Made by a program: the position numbers and the translations under genes. The notes under the pieces were generated by a model. That model saw only the letters and a program-made list of their open reading frames with translations. It had not been told where the DNA came from and searched no databases. DNA of 64,000 bases from Bugula neritina (lineage: Eukaryota; Animalia; Bryozoa): NCBI GenBank assembly GCA_964035545.1, contig OZ037765.1, positions 3,978,698-4,042,697 of the forward strand, read 5' to 3'. Below are positions 57,801 through 64,000 of this stretch, piece by piece (the first letter of the stretch is position 1; every line of letters begins with the position of its first letter).

Positions 57801-60800
57801 TCTGTAAGTTACCAAGCATCTAATATTTCCTTGTTAAAATTGAGTTGTGTTGAATTACAAGGTTGCTGTCAGGTTTATATTATTCATATCCATAGTTATA
57901 TAATCAATAATAATTGACCATATTTTTTGTAGTTTTGACACCTAGCATAAACAGTTGTTACAGAGTCTACACTTTTCTTACAATTATATTTTTCTGCAGG
58001 TTCTTTTTCTTCTTTTGCTTATAGGTTGAATTTACAATTATGCAAAGGCCAGAAGTTAAATTCAGCTTTTAAACTTTGATTTTAGATGCCAAGTTAACTT
58101 ACTATACTTTTTGGGGGCGTGACTCTATGCTCTATAACTTACCTGCATATTACGTTGTTTAACCTGATAATCACCTCTGTAGCATTGTACACAGTAGAGC
58201 CAGCAGTTCACTCCTTACTATATGCTCATTATTATGGTTAAGGGCGCTAAGTATCAGCTTGTTTGTGGCTGAATCCCTCTATGATATTTATTTAGATAAA
58301 ATGTTACAAGAAAGGGCATCTTGATATATTTTGGAGTAGAAGTTGTGCTTATATTTTTGTGAAAGTTACCAGGCGTATACTACTTTATTTAATTTCATAA
58401 TTTTCCATGCAAGTTGTGCTCCTGGTTTACTAGTCCTCGTTCATTCCTTACACAGTGATATATCCTTGGCAGTCCCATTCTTTTTAGATTCTTCTTCTGC
58501 GATAAAAATGTGCTTTCTCCTGTGCAAATTTGTTTAAGGAGGGTATCTCCCAATATAAAGATATTTGATACAAAAATGAGAATGATATTTGCTCTATATA
58601 ATACTGTTGTAATGTACAATCACCGGTTACAGGTAACATGCATCACAACCAACAACACCTTTAATGATGGTGTGACAGTAAACTCAGTGAGTTACTATAA
58701 CACACCTGACTCTTCTACCACCTCTCTAACTATAGAATCACTCTATAGTCAAGTAGAATACAGCTGTACAGTTAAAGCTCTTCTGTCTGAAAATGAGTTT
58801 GGAAAAAGTTCTAGAGAAGTTGTGTTCTGGACTAAACCCGAAGGTAGGTAACTTTAAAGCCACAAGACTTTGGAAAGATTTCAATGCAGTTTTTAACTTT
58901 TGGCCCAACATATTTCGGTTTTGATAGCCAGTGTTAGAAACCGATTTTTCAGCAAGAGCTGCAAAAACATTTCAATGCAGTTTATTTTAACTTTTGGCCC
59001 AATACATATGGGTTTTGATAGCTAGTGTTAAAAACATATTCAATAGTCTGCAAAAGCTTTAGTTTGTTGGGAGAAGATGTCATTAGTTATCAATATAACC
59101 AATAAACAATGTGTTATTTTAGAGCCAGTGTTGACATACAGCAATGACACCGACATAGCCACCCCAACAGAGGAAACCATTACAGTACCTTTACCAAACA
59201 TCACTTCATCTGGATATGACTCCATGGTTATTGTTGTTGAAAAGTTGTCATCCAGGAAAAAGAGATTCATTACTGTAGATAGAATAGACAATGTGAATGT
59301 TTATATAACAGCATCATTTCCTGTTACCAACTTCTCATCCTCACTTAGTGTTGGTGATAACCAGACATATGGTGGTTACTGGAACAGACCTCTAGACAAC
59401 CAATACTCATACCATATTGCTGTAGGATTCAAGGCTAAGACTGAAGATGATATTTTAAAGTTTACAACTATTCCTGGTGCAGAGTCTGTAAGATGTAAGT
59501 GTGTGGCTATGCATAATGCTCGACTTTCATTTTGTGTTCAGATTTTTAGTTGCGGTTTCAGTTGAATTAAAGATCAGTGTGCTCACTTGTCTCTGTATAT
59601 TGAGATAGCATGAAGAGATCATCTACTCATGTATATATTATACAGTGAAAGGAGCTCCTCCTAGAACTACTGTAGCAGCAACACAGAAACCGGGGAGCAT
59701 GCAGGGAGGAATTATTGGGGGTGTCGTAGGAGGACTTATAGCTCTGGTTGTAGTGGTGGTGGTAGTGGCTGTAGTTATGAAGAGACGTAAGAAGTAAGTA
59801 ACTTGTAGAACTGTTTCTGTTAATAACGAAATATTATGTTGAATATATATATTAGTATTTGTTACATTTTAGCTCGGGTTCTGAAGATCCTAAACCCTCC
59901 TCATCTTCTCACCTCCGCCAACCTCTCTCAGAGAAACCTGGCAGTAAGTATTACTGTAGTGTAGCTTTGTGAATACACTTCAGATTGTAAAAAGGCTTGT
60001 TTTTGATTATAATAGGACTATATGAGTATCTACATGGTAACCCACGGAGCCATCGGAAAACTCAAATCGAATGACTGAATGTCATTGATAGTTCTTGGTT
60101 ACCATTGCTTCTATTTTTATACTATACCTCTGCATTATTAAAGCTGATGAGTCACGTAAAAATAATTGAAATTAAAAAATGATTAAATATTTCTAAACAT
60201 GGAACAATAATTTAGTTTAAAATTTTTCTTTTTGTTTGTTGACAAATTGTTACTGCAGTTTTGAACAACTTATCAAACAGAAATCTTTTAGCATCTACAG
60301 CTTCATAATATACAGTTTACAGTAGTTTTCTCTTCTTAAAAACTGAATTAACAAGTCAATATACAGCAACTGGGAACAGTTAAATTAGGATTTTCATTGA
60401 ATGATCATCCTAACCGTTTATAGCTTTTTTTCAAGGTTAGAATCCTGATTCTTAATTTTGTTTTGATTTTTTTCTCATAATCTATAATTGTACACCACTG
60501 CTGTATGTTTGTCTGTTTTATAGAAGCCTCTAAGCCTATAAGTAGTACTGCACCTTCTTCTACAGTACCTGAAGCCACAACCCTTGTCAGGGAGAATAAC
60601 AGTGCTGAGGGGTCACATGATCAACATACAGACAACATGTATGAGAATACAGCTAAACTAAGTCCAGCTGCATCACGACCTCTGCTCATTCCACAACTTC
60701 ACTCAATTATCAGTGCGGAAATCAGCACCTTCCAGAAAGACTCTTTCAAAGAAGAGTTTTTGGTTAGTTTTTAGAATTATTGAACTTATAAACTCTTGAT

Positions 60801-62301
60801 ATATAATTTATGGTGTCCGATAAAAATTGCACAGGTAAAAAGGGCACAGGTGGCAAAGTAGGTAAAAATGGCGCATTTTCAATATCATACTTAGGGCTTT
60901 AGAGTGGGGGTTTGTGCTATGGATTGGTAGTTTACAGTTGAAGGATTGGGGTTTGAGAAAATTTAGCATCAGTTTGTCATCGTTACCTACTTTCCATTTG
61001 TGCCATTATTACCTATAGTGATATTTTAGGGCTAGATAGTTTGTGTTAAGGCTTGGCCTCACGTCCATGATAATCACATAAAATCTGTGTGAATATTGTC
61101 GTGAGTTATCCTCTCGTTGTGACCAGCCACACACTCGTCGGACGAAACACATAATAAATAGTCCGAGAATGAGTCTTGAACGAGATACAAACAGCAGAAA
61201 ATTACCAGACACAGAAATGTGGTAGAAATGAAATAGTCACTGTTGTTAAAGTTTTGTTAACCAATCAAATGGTGCTCATCGTCAATTGCGATTTTTTGTC
61301 CATTGTTCTCGATGGGCGCACCCAGCGAACAAGATTTCGTTTGAATTCCCTGAAATTTGATCGTAAGTTTGTGTTTTCGTGTCAAGTAGATGATTTCGTG
61401 TGATTCTCACAAGTGTGTGGCCAGGCCCTACTTTACTCATCAGTTAAAAGAGCCTGTAGCTGGTAGATGGCATAACTTAGTTAATTATTGAAATTAATAA
61501 AATTGAATATTTTTCAGCAAATCAAAGCTCCTGCTCTGCCTTGTAAAGTTGGCCGGCTGCCAGAAAATGCAAAGCGAAACAGATTCAAGAATATCATTGC
61601 AGGTAACATTTGGAGAAGAAAAGCTGCTTGTTTCTAAAATTCTAAAAGTTTAGTTTAATTTGTGAGTTTCTAAAGAATTTTTGTGCATACAAATGTGAAG
61701 GTCATGTGAAGGTGACATGCTGGATTACGAGTTTCTACAAAATATTTGCACAATAACACCATACTATCTAAATGCTATGTATTTGTAAAAGGGTATGTAT
61801 TATAAATTTCATACTTGTAATATACTATATATTTCATACTTGTAATATTGTAATATTTTTAGCTGATGAAACACGAGTGAAGCTGAAGGTGGATGAGTAT
61901 GACTCAGACTATGTCAATGCCAACTACATTCAAGTATGTCATCATTTATTGGATACTCTTTCCAGCAATTGTTGAGACGCCCTTTGTTTTTTCAATAGCA
62001 ACTAAAGTGCATTGGCTACGTAATTGTCGATTCAGATGTGGCAGTGATGAAATTTTCTTATTCATATTTGCTCAAAATTGTCTCAAAATTGTACTTTCGT
62101 AAAAATCTGCAAACATGTGGCTTGGAAATCAATTCAATTCATTGTCTTCAATAGTTATTAATAATTTGTCATCTTTATTCCATTTTATCTATCTAGTCTT
62201 AGTAATACTGATCATACAGCGTTATAATATTTATTAGAATATTATTCTGAATTATATATTTTAGGATTATCATGGACGTCAGAAGTTCATTGCCTGTCAA
62301 G
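51883..62301 (+). CDS. Receptor-type PTP, tandem copy 3 (partial; continues past the window end)
   Basis: Exons 51883-51934, 53012-53266, 54357-54620, 55199-55699, 56224-56541, 56753-56850, 57149-57335, 57513-57625, 58633-58843, 59123-59494, 59646-59793, 59873-59943, 60524-60762, 61518-61602, 61863-61933, 62265-62301. Same phases as copy 1; the window ends in intron 16. Confidence 0.87.
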
Positions 62302-62442
62302 GTACTTATATTACTATTATTATGTCTTATATATTTGATGTGTGCAATCGTGCGTGTTGTATATGATGTATATATAATATGATAATTATGGCTTCAAAAT
62401 ACATATAGTATAATATAATTTTCATATGGCTATAATATTTAT

Positions 62443-62497
<55 letters not shown>

Positions 62498-62607
62498 TCT
62501 ATAATTAAAAATGAATCAAAAGAACTGAATATTTCGAAAAATAGAGTATTTATATTTGGTACTAATACAATTTTGGATATAAAAATAAATTTAGATCTTC
62601 ATTTATT

Positions 62608-62652
62608 GACTACAATATTGTTTCACGTAGTGCGAGCTACGATCATCAGGTC
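62608..62652 (-). ncRNA. Second hammerhead ribozyme copy (inverted pLTR)
   Basis: Reverse complement of 63494-63538 with one change in the stem II loop. Confidence 0.83.
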
Positions 62653-62746
62653 GTTGTGTGTACGCTTGAGTGATTTTGTTTTGGAATTAGTATTGTTAGT
62701 GTATTACTACGCTGGAATGTTTTAACTAGCGTCTGTTAAGTGCATA

Positions 62747-63424
62747 TTGTGGTACAACCCACCTTTCAGTTCAACAGTAAAAACCAAAATAGGGAAGAAA
62801 TTTCTTCAAATCATCAACAAATGCTTTCCACCATCCAACCAACTAAGTAAAATTTTCAATAGGAAAACCATAAAAATTAGCTATTCATGCATGCCCAACA
62901 TAAAAAATATTATTGATGGCTCGAACCATCACAAACTTAAAACCACACACACCCCTACTACCGCTACTAAACTAAATAACACACAATGTAACTGCAAACA
63001 ACCTTCCCACTGTCCATTAAATGGTAAATGCTTATACAAAGACGTAATATACCAAGCAACTGTAACAAGACATGATAATAATTCCAGCCATTCATACATA
63101 GGACTCTGTTCGACTGCCTTCAAAACCAGATTCAATAACCACAAAGCCTCTTTCCTACATGCAGATAAAGCCAACAGCACGCAACTCAGCAGACACATCT
63201 GGAATTTAAAAGACAACAACACGAAATTCAGCTTAAAATGGAATATTTTAAAGATTTGCAAATCATACTCAAACCTAACCAACAGATGTAACTTATGCAA
63301 CTATGAGAAGTATATTATTTTAAAACAACCGGAATTATCTTCCCTCAACAAACGAAAAGAGCTTTCCACCACATGTAGACATAAACGCAAATTTTTACTT
63401 GCGCACTTAACAGACGCTAGTTAA
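62747..63424 (+). pseudogene. C-terminal fragment of the Penelope ORF (GIY-YIG endonuclease domain)
   Basis: WYNPPFS...SYSCMPN...CNC-x5-CPLNGKC...VIYQA...YIG...FKTRFNNH...CNLCNYEK...CRH. The RT core is missing. Confidence 0.88.
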
Positions 63425-63493
63425 AACATTCCAGCGTAGTAATACACTAACAATACTAATTTCAAAACAAAATTACTCAAGCGTACACACAAC

Positions 63494-63538
63494 GACCTGA
63501 TGATCGTAGCTCACACTACGTGAAACAATATTGTAGTC
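63494..63538 (+). ncRNA. Minimal type I hammerhead ribozyme (Penelope pLTR)
   Basis: gac-CTGATGA-t-cgtag(ctcaca)ctacg-t-GAAA-caatatt-GTA-gtc: catalytic core, stem II, palindromic stem III (ACAATATTGT), GUA cleavage triplet and a 3-bp stem I, followed by AATAAA. Confidence 0.85.
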
Positions 63539-63587
63539 AATAAATGAAGATCTAAATTTATTTTTATATCCAAAATTGTATTAGTAC

Positions 63588-63704
<117 letters not shown>

Positions 63705-64000
63705 CTGATGACTAGAATACTTATTGCTATGATTTTGTTTACTGAGCTCTATTCTGCTGAGATTATCATATGATTGATATTTTGTTACAGCTGCTCACCT
63801 GTTACTCAAAAGTGTCCAATGGTAAAGCTGCATTCATGTTTCCTTGTTGTTATCAGTGCTGCTATTGGTTACTATCTATTAGATTGCTAGTTGGTCTGCT
63901 ATCCTCTGTCCAGTTATTATCCTCTGTTATTGTGTTAATAATCCAACAATTGATATTAAGAGATTTCAATTGAGATATCAATGTGACTATGATCTCTATT

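Overview
AT-rich, intron-containing animal (invertebrate-like) genomic DNA. It holds three head-to-tail + strand copies (about 19-20 kb unit) of a 28-coding-exon receptor-type protein tyrosine phosphatase gene. The manually spliced architecture is signal peptide, two PAN/apple domains, an unassigned ~165-aa domain, FN3-like repeats, a membrane-proximal domain with an RKKR furin site, TM, an active-looking PTP D1, a pseudophosphatase D2 and a C-terminal YSNF. Copy 1 (791-18010) is complete (~1497 aa). Copy 2 (28533-48970) has a lesion in a D2 exon. Copy 3 (from 51883) runs off the window. The ectodomains differ in clustered patches and the paralogs are mosaics of each other. Two young full-length Ty3/gypsy LTR retrotransposons (20224-27719; 31782-36255), a 5'-truncated Penelope-like element with two hammerhead ribozymes, several MITEs and micro/minisatellites are inserted. 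The best novelty candidate is in the first gypsy element: at the env position it carries a non-env zinc-finger/RS-rich/coiled-coil ORF, and the splice signals predict its expression from an in-frame spliced subgenomic mRNA that starts at the gag ATG. All calls are by eye; no searches or alignments were run.
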